Source: Sphagnum compactum | Taxonomy: Eukaryota | Assembly (NCBI GenBank): GCA_965153455.1 | Contig: OZ234493.1 | Coordinates: forward strand, 27,084,213 to 27,148,212 | Reading direction: 5' to 3' | Length of the DNA: 64,000 nucleotides | In this document: piece after piece, positions 28,715-41,501 of the stretch | Numbering within the stretch: the first letter of the stretch is position 1 | How the letters are laid out: each line of letters starts with the position of its first letter | Program-made: the position numbers and the translations under genes | Notes under the pieces: generated by a model | Databases searched by the model: none | Told to the model about the DNA's origin: nothing | Seen by the model: the letters and a program-made list of their open reading frames with translations, nothing else

Positions 28715-31600
28715 AAATTTTGGCTTGGACCAAATTTCATGTTTTTACAACTTAACCAACAAGTTTCAAAAGATTAAACACATTTTTTAAGTGTATATTT
28801 GTCTTTTATGGATGGTAATATATGTCATTTCGAGATGTTGCTAACTATATGTTTCTAAGTGTATTTTTCTTAGTCTATGTTTGTAAGATGCATGCTCCTA
28901 ACATGATCTCTTAGCATTTTGTTTTTCATGTGGGGCATATTTATGTTGCAACCACTATGAACTCTACAAGGTCCTATTTTTTAACTTCACAACGAGTTCT
29001 TACATTTAAAAGTCCATGTTTTGAATGATCATGTTCCTGTGCAAATTCTTTTTCCTTTCATTCTTTATGTTTCGTTCATGTTACATTGTTTTTTTATTAT
29101 TAGGTTTAATTGTAGTAAACTTGTTTCTATGATGTTTTGTAAGATATTTTCCATCAATTATAAGCGATGCCTCTATAATATTACAAACAAACAATGTCGT
29201 GTTTAAAAATGTGGTGGCTAAAAACCAGTGTTATCTATTATTGAACATTCATTAAAGTTTTGGTAATGTCTAGGTTTTTAGGTTTCCATCATGTTTCATA
29301 CCCGATTTTCAAAACCCTTGATTCACAACACAATGTGTCGTGTGTTCCCAACATTATTGTGAGTTTTGGACTTTATGTTTCGTTGGATGTTTCTCAAATT
29401 CAATGAACATCCGCTTGTTCCAAGAGGTTGTGATTTAAAACTATTATACATAGGGATTGTCCTAGTATGGTTTCGGAAAACATTGTTTTCATTTTTATGT
29501 TTTTCTTGTTTGGAGGGTTTGATATTTCTGTAGTTTTAAAAATATGTTTTTTCATGATTCTGTCATGTTTCTTTCACGTTCCATACAGGTTTGTTACATG
29601 CTTCTTACAACTTTCTTCCATGTTTTTCCAATTTTGTATAACAAACTTTTGCGTTTTTTTTGTTCATGTTTCCAATATTCTAATGTTTTGTAAGTTGTGA
29701 AACATGGTTTGTGGTGTTTTTATAAAAACATTACCATGTTGTTACCATGTTTCAGAGGTTTTGAAACATGTTTAATCAAAAAAAAATTCATATTCCAAAG
29801 GTATGTTCTAGATGACTTTTTGAATCAATACAACAAAGTCACTGATGTACCAAGTTACAATACTTCACCCAATGTTCGAAGGTAATTTGAAGTTAACCCT
29901 CAAATTGTCTAGGAACACTCAAGTTGTGGGAGGAGCACAACAATAGGATAACATGACTTTGTTCAACAAAAACATATTTGAAATAATGGTCAATAGATAG
30001 TAAGTGGATGTTTGAAGATAATGTGTGGAAAGACCACATCATTTCTTTCAAACGTCCACCTTCCTCCTTCTATTATTCATTATAAAGTCTTTCTAATAGA
30101 GAACCATAAACATAAAAAGATCTATGTACAAAAAACTACTTAACAACATGGGTTAAAACCTGAAGCAAATGGTATCTGAAAATTTTCATTCAACTGGATA
30201 GTCAAAACTTGTTTATAGAAATAGAAAACATGGTATGAACCTTGAGCCAAACGTTATTTGAAAACTACTAATCACTGAATAGTTGAAACATGTGTACAAA
30301 AATTTAAAACTTACAAAGACTTTGAAACATGTAACTAGAGCATGTTTCGAATGGTACATTCCATCAAATCACCTCAACTGGATTGTTGCAATTTTTTTTT
30401 AAAGAAACAAAAAAATTGGAAACCCAAACAACGACAAGAGAAATGATCAAGTAAAGAACAAAAATACAACAATAAACGACAAGATAGTGCAAACCCAACA
30501 ATGCGGGAAATGAACACGATACAAGTGGATTGTTGCAAAGAAGTGTTTACATAAACAAAAAGAACAGAAATCCAAACAATAAGCGAGAATCGAACAAGTA
30601 GATAAAAAGAAGACAATGACAAAAAACATAACAATGCAAATTGAAACAAATAATGCAAAAAATGAACACGATACAAGTGGATTGTTACAAAGAAGTGTTT
30701 ACATAAATTTTTTAAAATAGAAACCTAAACGATAAACGAGAATCAAACAAGTAGAGAATAAGAAAATAACGATAAAAAACAAAATAACACAAAAAATGAA
30801 CATGATAGAAAAAGTAAACTCGTTATCTTTGCGAGCAAATATTTGGCATGCAACTTGTCAACCTTTGACACAACATGTGTCAATTGCCAGAAACAAAATA
30901 AAAACAAATATCCATTTACATACATCAAGAAACTTCAATAAGGTTAAACAAGACCTGTTACTGGTTTCTAAAACTGTTTTTGCACAATACTATTGTGTTT
31001 CAAATGGAAAACTGAAAGTGAAGAAAATTGCAGATAAGAGCATGATGATGATCTAATGTGGGTGAAAAGATAAAACTTGCGTAATGCCACCATGAGCTCT
31101 TTTTGTTATCAAAACCCTAACTAAACGTCTAACGAGGGAACATTGATGAAGATGTTAAAGTTTGGTAGAAAAATACACGACGACAATGCAAAGTTGAAAA
31201 AAGGTTTAAAACATCATGAATGGGGATTGCATAGAGGAACATGGAAGATGGGCGGATGGGGCTGAAACATAGCTCCCGAAATGTTACATGTTTCGGTGGG
31301 ATATGTTTCAAAGGCTCAGGCTATTCGAGCATTGAAACACATGTTGGGCTGCTTGTCAAAACTTGACATGTTTCGATTGGTGGTAAGTTTTGAGGTTCTT
31401 GTTTCGATGCTCATGTTTCATGGTGCGTGATTTTTGACAAGCGAAAACGAATGCCATGCCACCACCAAAACACGACATGTTTCTATGTCGGTTTGTTTCG
31501 AGGCCCTCGCTGCTCATGCGTGGAAACCCGTGCCGAGTCGGCTCGAAGCGAGCAACACATTGTAAACCCCATGAAATCAAAAAGTATTTAGCCAAAAAAA
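28715..31600. mobile_element. Degenerate transposon-like relic rich in AAACATG/CATGTTT motifs
   Basis: Weak inverted termini (TTTTGGCT...ATTTCATG..TTTACAA versus TTGTAAA..CATGAAAT...AGCCAAAA), many CATGTTT motifs and internal direct repeats. Confidence 0.35.
30375..30810. repeat. Degenerate tandem repeat, unit about 130-150 bp
   Basis: AAATGAACACGATACAAGTGGATTGTT-x-CAAAGAAGTGTTTACATAAA at ~30508 and ~30660, with partial flanking copies. Confidence 0.75.
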
Positions 31601-32187
31601 ATTCAAAAATTCAAATTGTTTTGAAATTTGCACCTTTTATGAACTCATGCAGAATTTTGTGAAAACTGGCTAGTACCTATTTTGTAGATATAGGCTACTA
31701 ATTAGATTTGATAGGGAAAAGAAAAAGAAAAGGTTTTTGGGGGACGAAGAAGGGGCAGCCACTTCTCGGGCAGAAAACAGGGCAGGGCCTTCGGGCATGC
31801 GTTGGGCCTGAGCCCCGCGCGCGCGCGCCGCTCTCTCATCTGGTTCTCGCTGGTGCGAAATTCTGCGGAACCGGAATCCATCGTCCGTGCGGGCGCACAT
31901 CCTCGTTTGTTATTCCGTTTTGCCTTCTGTTTGTCTAGATGTCAGTGAAATTCTGCGCAAAATTTCTCGCGGAACACATGTCGGAACGTGAAGTTTGAGC
32001 GGAAATTCTGCGGAAGATTAGTTGCTGCCTAAATCCATCGTCTGTGTGTGCACACATCCTCCCTCGTTTGTTCTTCCGGGTTTTTGTCATTAGTAATAGC
32101 AGATTTACAGACACCACATTGGTAGGACAGACACAGAGGCACGCACATAAAACAAGTCCGCACAGGAGGAGAAGGAAGGAGACCAAG

Positions 32188-35100
32188 ATGAGGGAGGGAG
32201 AGGTGGAGAAGCTCAGGGCCGTGGTCAGGGATTGCTTAGGCAAGCATTTGTACTCTTCTGCCATCTTTTTCGCGGATAAACTCGCCACTTTAGCTGGCAA
32301 TGCTACTCAAGACCTCTACATGCAGGTTCTTACACTCTCGACATCTTTCAATCGGCTTAGCGATTTCTGATCAGAAGCTTTCGGAATAGTTTCTCTCTTT
32401 CGAGATGCTTTCCTTTCCCCTCAGTTTCTTAATTTGTAAATGAAGCAGCAAAATCTGACTACTGCAATGTCGCAGTGCTGGCCTGAAGAAACTGCCGAGT
32501 TGCCAAAACCTTAGCTGACCGGAACAGGTTATTTTAACCTAAAACTGCTTGAGCACAGTTGTCCTGCTGTTTACAAGAACTTGTTCTTTGCAATAACATC
32601 TGCCTTGCCTGCCATGAAGCTCTCTCTGTTTTGGTTATCATTGAAGTTGCTTTCTCTAGGGTTTAGGGTTTAGGGTTTATGTGAATTGATAGGTAGAAGT
32701 TGTGGACTTTCGCTGTGGGATGGAGCTGCTTGACCCTGGAAAAAGCAAGTACTGTTGTCGGGGACTAAATTGTCAAGAAAGGAGTTTGCACTTTCTTCTG
32801 CCAAGGAGTCAGAGTGGGCATGGCATGAGCCATTTGTGTCTATTTCTTTCTGATCAACAAAGATGATCTGTAGGATTTGTAGGATCCTGAAGTTATTGCT
32901 TGTTGGTCCTGTAGAGGTCAACATTCTGGCACTATTTAATCTGCTGGGGTGTATTTGGGCTTTGTGGTCTTAGGTTTTCTGTTCAGCATTGTCTTCTAGG
33001 TGCTTTAAGCAGATACAAAGCTGTGGTGGTTTCAGGCACAGGCCCTGTATCTGGGTAAGCAATATCGAAGAGCACTGCATCTACTGCGGCGGCATCACTT
33101 GGTATCTGCTGATTTGCGTTTTCGGTATCTGGCAGCAAAATGCCTGGTACATTCTCATATATGCCATTCCAACTTTTGTTTGTTACAACAGTTCTCTATC
33201 CCGACATCATGTCTCTCTTGTGTCTTATCATGAGTCTGGGCTGACAAGGAGACAGCAAGTGAAGTCTACTCGATGCATAGAAATTCTCTGCTCCTCTTTT
33301 TATTGGTTCGTGATTGGCTCAAGCAGCAAGACACTTGGAGGGTATTTTCTCCCAGAAACCATCTTGTTGCCTTATCTATAGTTTACAACAGATCCTGGTT
33401 TAGACAATGTGCTTGGACTGACTCTGGTACTCAGCTGAATAGATGACACTGGCTTAGACAGTGCACTTGGACTGCCGTCGATACTCAGTTGTGTAGATGC
33501 TGCTAGCTTTTGTAATGTAGTTCTGTATGTTGACATAGGAGGAGGTGAAAGAGTGGGACGAATGTTTGGCCATGCTCGGGGATGGAGAAGTTGATGAGGA
33601 AGGGAACGTGCAAATGACTGATGACCAAGACACAGAGTTTCTGGACAGAGATGTAGAGGAAAGGGAAATAAATGTGAGCTTGAAAGTTCTGCCTGTATGT
33701 GCAGTCATTTTCTTGTTCACAGAATACAATCAACTGTGCTTCCTGCTTGTATTCTTGCTTCTTTCTTGGAGATTGCTTTGGTTTTTTTCTGGTTATGGTC
33801 TCATAACAGTAATCAGTATGTTACTGGAACTGACACAGTGTGCTTACCAGATTGGAGCTGCCATATGCTTGTTGCGAGGCCGAGCTTTTGAGGCCTTAGA
33901 AAATCGTGCTCGTGCTCTTCGATGGTAAGCATTGAACAGTGCTGAATCAATGGGTCAATTGGTGTTGACAGAATCAGTTTGAAGCATTTCTAGCAAGTAA
34001 GTTCAGAATACTGTGGTTGGTCTATTTCCCCAACATTCTCTACCAGCATCCAAATGTGGTATGACCCTTGTGTGATTGGCAGGTTCAAAGCAGCATTGAA
34101 GGCAGATCCCTATTGCTATGAGGTACACTTAACTCCACAAGAGAACTGGTATGAGGCAACAAAAGGTTTCTGGTGTAGCAGTATATCTATGCCTCTCTCT
34201 ATACATCACTTGGTTTTCTGAAGGTAGAATCTGTTCCCCCAACATAAATTTGCCTCCTCCATCAGATCCAACGCGGTCTAACTTGTGTGTGTCTGATGAT
34301 GGGGATTTTGACTTGTGCAGGCGTTTGAGCATTTAGTAGACAACCATATGCTGACCAGCGATGAAGGTAGGCTCATGTAAGGTTACCACCCTCTTAAATA
34401 CTTTTGATAACACCTTTTATTCTCTGTGCTTTAAATGAAGGGCAAGAGCTATGACTGTGTAATGCTTGTTTCTTGTTTTCTATATGTTTGGCTCAATAGA
34501 AAGGTCATGACATCTCTGAGAAGCCAAGAATACCTTATAAACATTAACAGTAACAATTTTTGGTGTCTTTTCCAGAAGCAAGCCTGTTATATTCACTAAA
34601 GTTCGATCCAGAGGATCACTGGCTATCATTATTGTATTCCTGCCGTGCCAAAAAGGTTGGTGTCTGGCATTAATCCTCAGTTGTCTCTTGCCAGTATATT
34701 TGGGCATGAACATCAGCTATCTATACAGTTAATAGGGTGGGCTCGTTGAGCTAGATGTCAGTCCATGCTGAAGGTGCATCTCATCTAGAGATTAGAGTGG
34801 CAAAATCAGGAGCCACCTTTTACACAGAAGCAATTGACTTTGCAGGAAGGAGACCTATGAGAAAGTTTTGTGAAGTTGTGGAGGCATCTGAAGCTCTTTT
34901 ATATTAGATTAACTCAACAGGTTTAACCCTCTGTTATACTTGATTACTGATTGTGTTCAGTATGGGCAACTTGCCGCCATTGAATCCAAATTTGCGGAGC
35001 TGGAGAGGGAGCCTGATGAATCACAACTGGAAGATGATAGTGTGGGTTGCTCACTAAAGGACAACAACGATGTGGTGGCCTGTAGAGCTGACTTGTTGTA

Positions 35101-38100
35101 TCACCGTGGGGAGTTTCAACGTTGTTATGACACTACTAAAGCGTATGCATGAACCCATTAGAGACCATACTTTTGTGCTGAACCTTGTGTAATTGGATAG
35201 TTGTTGGAGTTTCGCAGTAGCAGTTCTGAGTCCAGCTTTTATGCCATATTTGATCATCTTGCTTATTACTTGGATCTGTGTTGTATTCACATGTCCCTCT
35301 TTGCTCTCCTATGTTGGGATTGCCAATAAACAAAGAGATAGGGTGCAGGCTGCTGGAGAAGGATCCGTATCATCTAACCTGCATGCCTTTGCATATCGGT
35401 GCTGCTTTGGAGCTTGGGCGTAAGAATGAGCTCTTTCTTAGAGCTCACAACTTAGTACAAGAATACCCAAACAAGTAAGAGTGCTACTTCATGCCAGATT
35501 TTCATTTGCAAACCTAATACTTGGCCATTTGCATTTCACATGGTTCAGAATGGTGGTTACAGAAGCTCTTCATTTCTATGTGGTTTCTGCTAATCTCCTG
35601 GGCCACTAAATCTGTGCCAAACCAGGAGCTAAATTTGTGCAGTGTCTCATGTTTTAAGGCTTCTGGTCACAAACCTTCAGCAGGTGTTTCCTTCCTTTTA
35701 ACTGTTTTGGGGTCACCACTATTGTGCTTCGTGCTTTGACTAGTAATGTCACCATGCTGTGTGCAGAGCAATAGCATGGTTTGCTGTGGGGTGCTACTAC
35801 TATTGCATTCGGCAGTTTGATCATGCACGCCGCTATTTCTGGTATGACTTCTTTTTGCTTTTTGTTGCTGTTGGCTTTTACTTCAGAATATTTTCATTCA
35901 TCTAAGTTCTTTCCAAACCTGAATACATGACTCCACCATCATGGAGTGGTAAAACATTGGAAGAGTCCTTCCCAGAATTATTCCACGATATATCTCAAAG
36001 TAGGTTTGCACAAGTTATGTCAAGACTTCTGTAATTTTGGGGAATCATGTAATTATTCAGGTGGATGTTCTAAGTAATTAACAAGCTTACAAAGCGCTGG
36101 AGGTGGTCGAGACTTTTCTGAACTTGTTGATGCATGACAGTAGGAAATGATTTTGTTGTAGTTCCTTCTTGGAGTCATGGGTCATTGCAACTATAAGAGG
36201 GCCTGGCTGATATGCAAGTATCATGCAGCAAAGCAACAACTTTGGAGGGGTCTTTTGCACCAGCCTGGCTTGGTTTTGGCAATGCATATGCAGCACAGGA
36301 TGAGAGTGACCAGGCGATGGCTGCATATCGAACAGCTGCCCGTCTCTTTGCAGGGTACTATATTGGCTTTGTCCTCTACTATTTATGGGTTCATAATGGT
36401 TTATGGCCCATTCTGACTTTTCAGAATTTTTTTGAACTTTTGTGATGCAATTTGCTAATAGAAGTTGCCTTCATGGTCACAGTAAGTGTGCATTGTCCAC
36501 CCTAACATTCTTCATGATTTTCCAATTGGGGATGTTAATTCTTTCTTGTTCAGTAAAACTGCTCTCCAAGCAGAGCTAAAATGTCTTATTTGTGCTTCTT
36601 TGTACGCAGTTGCCATTTACCAGCTCTTTGCATTGGGATGGAGTATCTACGTACTAATAACCTCACTCTTGCTGAACAAGTATATCAATACTTTCTCACT
36701 GGCTTCAAGTTGTTGTGTACATGAATTGTTGTCTCTCTCCTTGTGGACAGACTGCACCATCTGTGCCATTGTGCTTGGTGATTAAACTTGCATACATGGG
36801 GTGCTGCAGTTCCTCACGCAGGCCAAATCCATCTGCTCAACTGATCCAGTTGTGTACAACGAATTGGGTGTGATGGCATTCCGCAATAAAGAGTAAGCTA
36901 ATCAATTGGATCAGGAAAATAAGAGATCCAGATTGCCATTGGTTTTATGATCCCTCGATGTGGAACTGTAAATCTTTGGTAAATGATACAGCTGATATAT
37001 CAGTGCAGTTGTCCTTGGATCTGTTTACCACTTTTCTGCATAGAATCCATTATGACCAATACATCATGAAATCCGTGATCACTGTTTTGAACTATTCTGA
37101 GAATTCCAGGATTTAGTTTGGACTTTGTATGTGCCAGCCTGTGAGTTTGCAATATCTTTGGTGGGCACCATGCTTTGTGAAAGTGTGCAACTTGATGTAA
37201 AGGAAACAGCCAGGATCCTCTCTTTCTATTCTCTGCAACTGACTCCACAAAGTTTCAATTTGGGATTGATTGTTGCAGTTATGAGGCAGCAGCACGCTGG
37301 CTCCGCAAGGCTCTCTCACTTGCACCTCCTCCCCTTACAGAAGCCTGGGAACCAACAGTTGTCAACTTGGCCCATACTCTACGCAAGCTCAAGTATGATA
37401 TGTGTGATGTGTCCATTTTTTTGCCTCTTTATGCTTGTATGCTGAAAGTATCATATGTGTGATCTATCCCTTTGCCTGCCTCTGTATGCTTGTATGCAAG
37501 TCTTTGCCTCCAGTGTGCACCAGATTTGTGACTCAAATAACCAGTCTTCCACCTCTATGTCTAACAAGTGGATGATAATTGCAGGTCTTATGTGGAGGCG
37601 ATAAGCATGTATGAGAAGGCACTTGCTCTATATCCCAAGGGTGCCTCCACATATGCTGCTCTTGGTTTCACTCACCATCTCCAGGTATTTTCATGCTCCT
37701 ACTGTTATCTATGTAGCAAGCACCTCAGTGCATAGCTATCAACCTTTTCTGCTGTTATTGGGTCCCTTCATTATTCTCAGCTGAAAAAAGGGTCCCTCAC
37801 AAGGCACAAAATATACTTCTTCCATTCATCAATGATGTGCTCCAATAATACATTCAAGGTGCAGGAGGCCCCTACCACTACCAGCTATGTAGGCCTCTGT
37901 ATGCACAGATGCTTGCTATTGGAGGGGCAAGCTGAAATGAAATGGAGGTTGCCCTCATAACCTTGATGCAGTTTGATGAGGATACTGTTGACTTTTTTTT
38001 CAGTAGCTATGCCCAAGTACTGACTGACATTGTGCCTGCATCTTTGGATTGCTTCTGGATAGAGTAACAGAAACTTGGTGCAAATTATGTTTCATTGTTT

Positions 38101-38964
38101 ACCCTGAATTTTGAGCAGATTGTTATATACATATCCATGCCCTCTGTAGGGAGCTGATGCGGTTTGGGGAGTAATGGCATCTAGTAATTGCCATTTGTGA
38201 TGAACATGATGGTCTGACACTTTGTGACTGACAATCACAAGGTCGTGACCACATTCATTCATGATCAGTTTGTTTTGGTTTGACCAGAACTGGCAGAACA
38301 TTTGTCTGGTTACATTACATGCTTTTGTGGACCTTTCTCTGCAATCAGATTGCTATTCTTTGTTTCAGCTTGCATTCTTTCCTTGCTGCTGTATCTTGAC
38401 TACTGTTATACCTTGTTGTTGCAGGGCAGCACAGGCAAAGCCATTGACTTCTACCACAAGGTATGTTGGTTCTGAAGAGGGTTAGCTTTGCTCCTGAGAA
38501 TCTGTTTGACTGAGTGATGTACAGTACAATGAAGCTAAAGAATTTGAGTTCTTATCCGTGTCCTTTTTTATTAGAACATTTGCCAAACCTTCCTTAGCAT
38601 ATGTCCAGTTGCAGTGCTCAAAACAGCTAGAAAGTTTATTCTATTAAGAACATGACACATGGTAAATAGTTATAACAAGGGCCTCTCTATATTTCTCATG
38701 TCAGTTGGAGCTATCTTGGTAGTCACATCTAGTGGGTATGTCTTTTCTCTGGTCCATTTGTGAGTTAGGGCTGCAATATGTTCTTCTGCATCACTGCTAG
38801 GCTGTCCCTGATGAGGAGTATATGGTGACATGCAGGCTCTTGGATTGAAGTCAGATGACACTTTCACAGCTGAGATGCTAACAACAGCTCTAACAGAGGA
38901 GTGCACACACCTCAGCTCAGCACCAGACTCTCAATTTTTTTCACTGGGTGTTGGCCTCCCTTGA
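32188..38964 (+). CDS. APC6: Anaphase-promoting complex subunit 6 (CDC16), TPR protein
   Basis: 17 GT-AG exons: 32188-32325, 33036-33146, 33539-33673, 33851-33924, 34083-34122, 34321-34366, 34576-34655, 34961-35142, 35349-35474, 35767-35841, 36229-36354, 36610-36679, 36810-36892, 37279-37392, 37585-37684, 38425-38460, 38836-38964. Motifs KHLYSSAIFFADK, LLEKDPYH, AWFAVGCYY, ESDQAMAAYRTAARLF, WEPTVVNLAH. Confidence 0.95.
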
Positions 38965-40540
38965 TCAAGAGGCACAGCAAATAGTGCCTTTTATTATCAT
39001 TTGTTCTAGTTTTGGTTTGTTTGCTCTCTTGATGTTGGGTCGTGTCTTCTCTTCCTGTCCTTGCTCCTTCTAAACAGGTTGATAATGCTGGCAATAACAC
39101 TAAGGCAATATGAGTCTTAGGAGTAGTATCAAGATGCTAACCCAAATTCCACTACACTCAAATATTCACAAAATACAACACTCTCTTGATGACATACATC
39201 CTGATAATGGTTGTAACAAAAAGTTGAAATTTTCTTTTCAATACAACTTGGTGCAGGCTGTTCCATGTTTGGTCACTGCCTGTAGCTATGGGTCTAGAAA
39301 TCAACGACCCATTTGGAACAATATGCCTATGCAAGTACATTGGAGGTTGAACCTGCCATAGATTCCAGGTCGAACATGCGCAGTTGGAAAGGCAAGAAAG
39401 AGCTAAAGTTTGAGATGAAACTAACTGAATGGTAGTGGAACTTAGTACTTGAGCCTCTGAATGCTTGGAGGTTCTGATTTTCAATGATCTAGTTCAGAGA
39501 TTGTAAAATTTTTGCTCCTTCAAATCTTGGTGTGCATTATTGCTTAGGGTCCTCTGAGTAAAGGTCACAGCACCCCTATGTTCACTAATTCCCATCATCA
39601 TGCTCAAAAAGAAAAAAGCTTCACTTGTTTCAATTGTTTGTTCCCATTGTGGGTATCAGTGGACATTCTGGAGTTTGATGGTCATAGAGATCAATAACAC
39701 AGGTCTGAAATTCTGCACCCTGAATACAACCCAATGGGAGAAGAAATTATCACAGCAGCAATCTGCATTTTGTTTCCTGTTCCTACCACAGGGGAGACAT
39801 ATCTCAAACTCCAATTTGCAGGTTGTGCAATGGTGGAGATATTGATCATCAATTTATACGTTTGGAGAGTTCGTACAATCTGTAATTCAGCTCTTGTAAT
39901 GGGGTGGCATTATGTAATGGGTCAGACATTATGTAATTGTGTTGGTAATGGGTCAGACAGAAGGAAAATGCACTGACTTCACTGATCATGAGAGCTCGAT
40001 AGCACATAATTTCACCTCATTTGAACAAAACAAAATACACAAACAGGATCAATCCAAAGAGGGATTGAAAACTGGAACAATGTGGCAACACTATTATAAA
40101 AGTGGACTGGACTCCCAAAAACTTATGTTACATGAGGAAGAAGTTTGACTTGTGTCCCGAAGCACCTTTGGCAGACCATGTCATGGTCTAAGGGCATGAA
40201 GCATTTACCCATCACACCTTTTGTGATATCATGATTTGCTTAAGCTCTTAATGGACTCATTCAAACTCCAGGTCCAAGTACCAAGAGACGTATACACACA
40301 ATTAACTCTCGAGTTCCATCAAGGGAGCTTGATCCAATGCCAAATGGATGCCATTGCTGGTAAGAAATTGGAGGCAGGTTGATATAAATGAAACTCAAGG
40401 AATTGCATTTCCTATTGAGGATGTGACAATGTCTTGGTTGTGGGATAAGATAATATTTGAGTGTGTTTTGTATAGGAGAAGGTTTTCATCTAAATCCTCA
40501 AAATCCAAAAGGTAATGGAAGGAAAACCTTCCCCTACATA

Positions 40541-40949
40541 AAGACCTGGTTGATTTTTCTTTCCATTGAAAAGATTTCTCTTAGCTTTGTTGTTGGTTGT
40601 TGCTAGTTTTTTCTTCAAACTGTGTGTTCATTTGAAAATTGAATTTAAAAATATATATACTAACTTCAAATTTTTTTGTATTTATAGTTTTAAAAATCAG
40701 AAATTAGTTTAATTCAATTTTAAAAAGAAAAGAAAAGTCAAAAAAAGAAAGAAAAGAAAGGGGGAAAATTTTATGTAAAAGAAAACATTTTTTTAAAATG
40801 AGAAAAAGATGAATAAAAGAACAGTACCTTCTGTATTTCATAAGGTACAGTCAAAGAGTTGATGTACCTTCCGGATTTCAGAAGGTTTAATGATAAATTG
40901 AGGTAAATAATCATCCTAAATATACACTACAAAAAATCAACCAGGTCTT
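40541..40949. mobile_element. MITE with 18-bp terminal inverted repeats
   Basis: AAGACCTGGTTGATTTTT (40541) and AAAAATCAACCAGGTCTT (ending 40949), flanked on both sides by TACATA. Confidence 0.8.
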
Positions 40950-41415
40950 TACATAAGATGTCAATTTGAATAACTCTTAAATACACAATGAAATGTTACT
41001 TGTGTGTTTACTTACTCCATCACTCATATGCAATTGTGTGCCTCTCTAGACATTGATGGGTTGTTGTTTTACTTAGATGAATCATCTGCTTTAATTCTCA
41101 ATGGTTTCTCTTCTCTTCCTTTTTGCTTGTTGCTTTTGGTTTCCTTTTATCTTTGTGTTCAACCCCTTTTCTCCTCGTTTTCTTGGGCAAATGTTGATTA
41201 CAATGTCCCATCCCCTACCCATGCCCCTTAATTTGGTAGATTGTGACTCCTTAAAAGTTTTTGGGCAAGAAGTGAAGTGAAGCATATATCATGGTTGAAG
41301 CTCACCTCTATATCATGGGTCCGGTTGCTTGGTCCATCACAAAAAGTAGAGAAAGTTTTAAAGCTTTTGGACATGTTCAAAGTAGAAGGATAAAATTCTA
41401 GTGAGAATATGACTC

Positions 41416-41501
41416 ATTGGAATTGGTTTTGGTAAGACAACTTTAAGGTCCAAAAAACAACTTATGGAACTTAAAGTTGTCTTACCAAAACCAATTCCAA
41501 T
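41416..41501. repeat. Long near-perfect inverted repeat (hairpin)
   Basis: ATTGGAATTGGTTTTGGTAAGACAACTTTAAG pairs perfectly with CTTAAAGTTGTCTTACCAAAACCAATTCCAAT. Confidence 0.9.
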
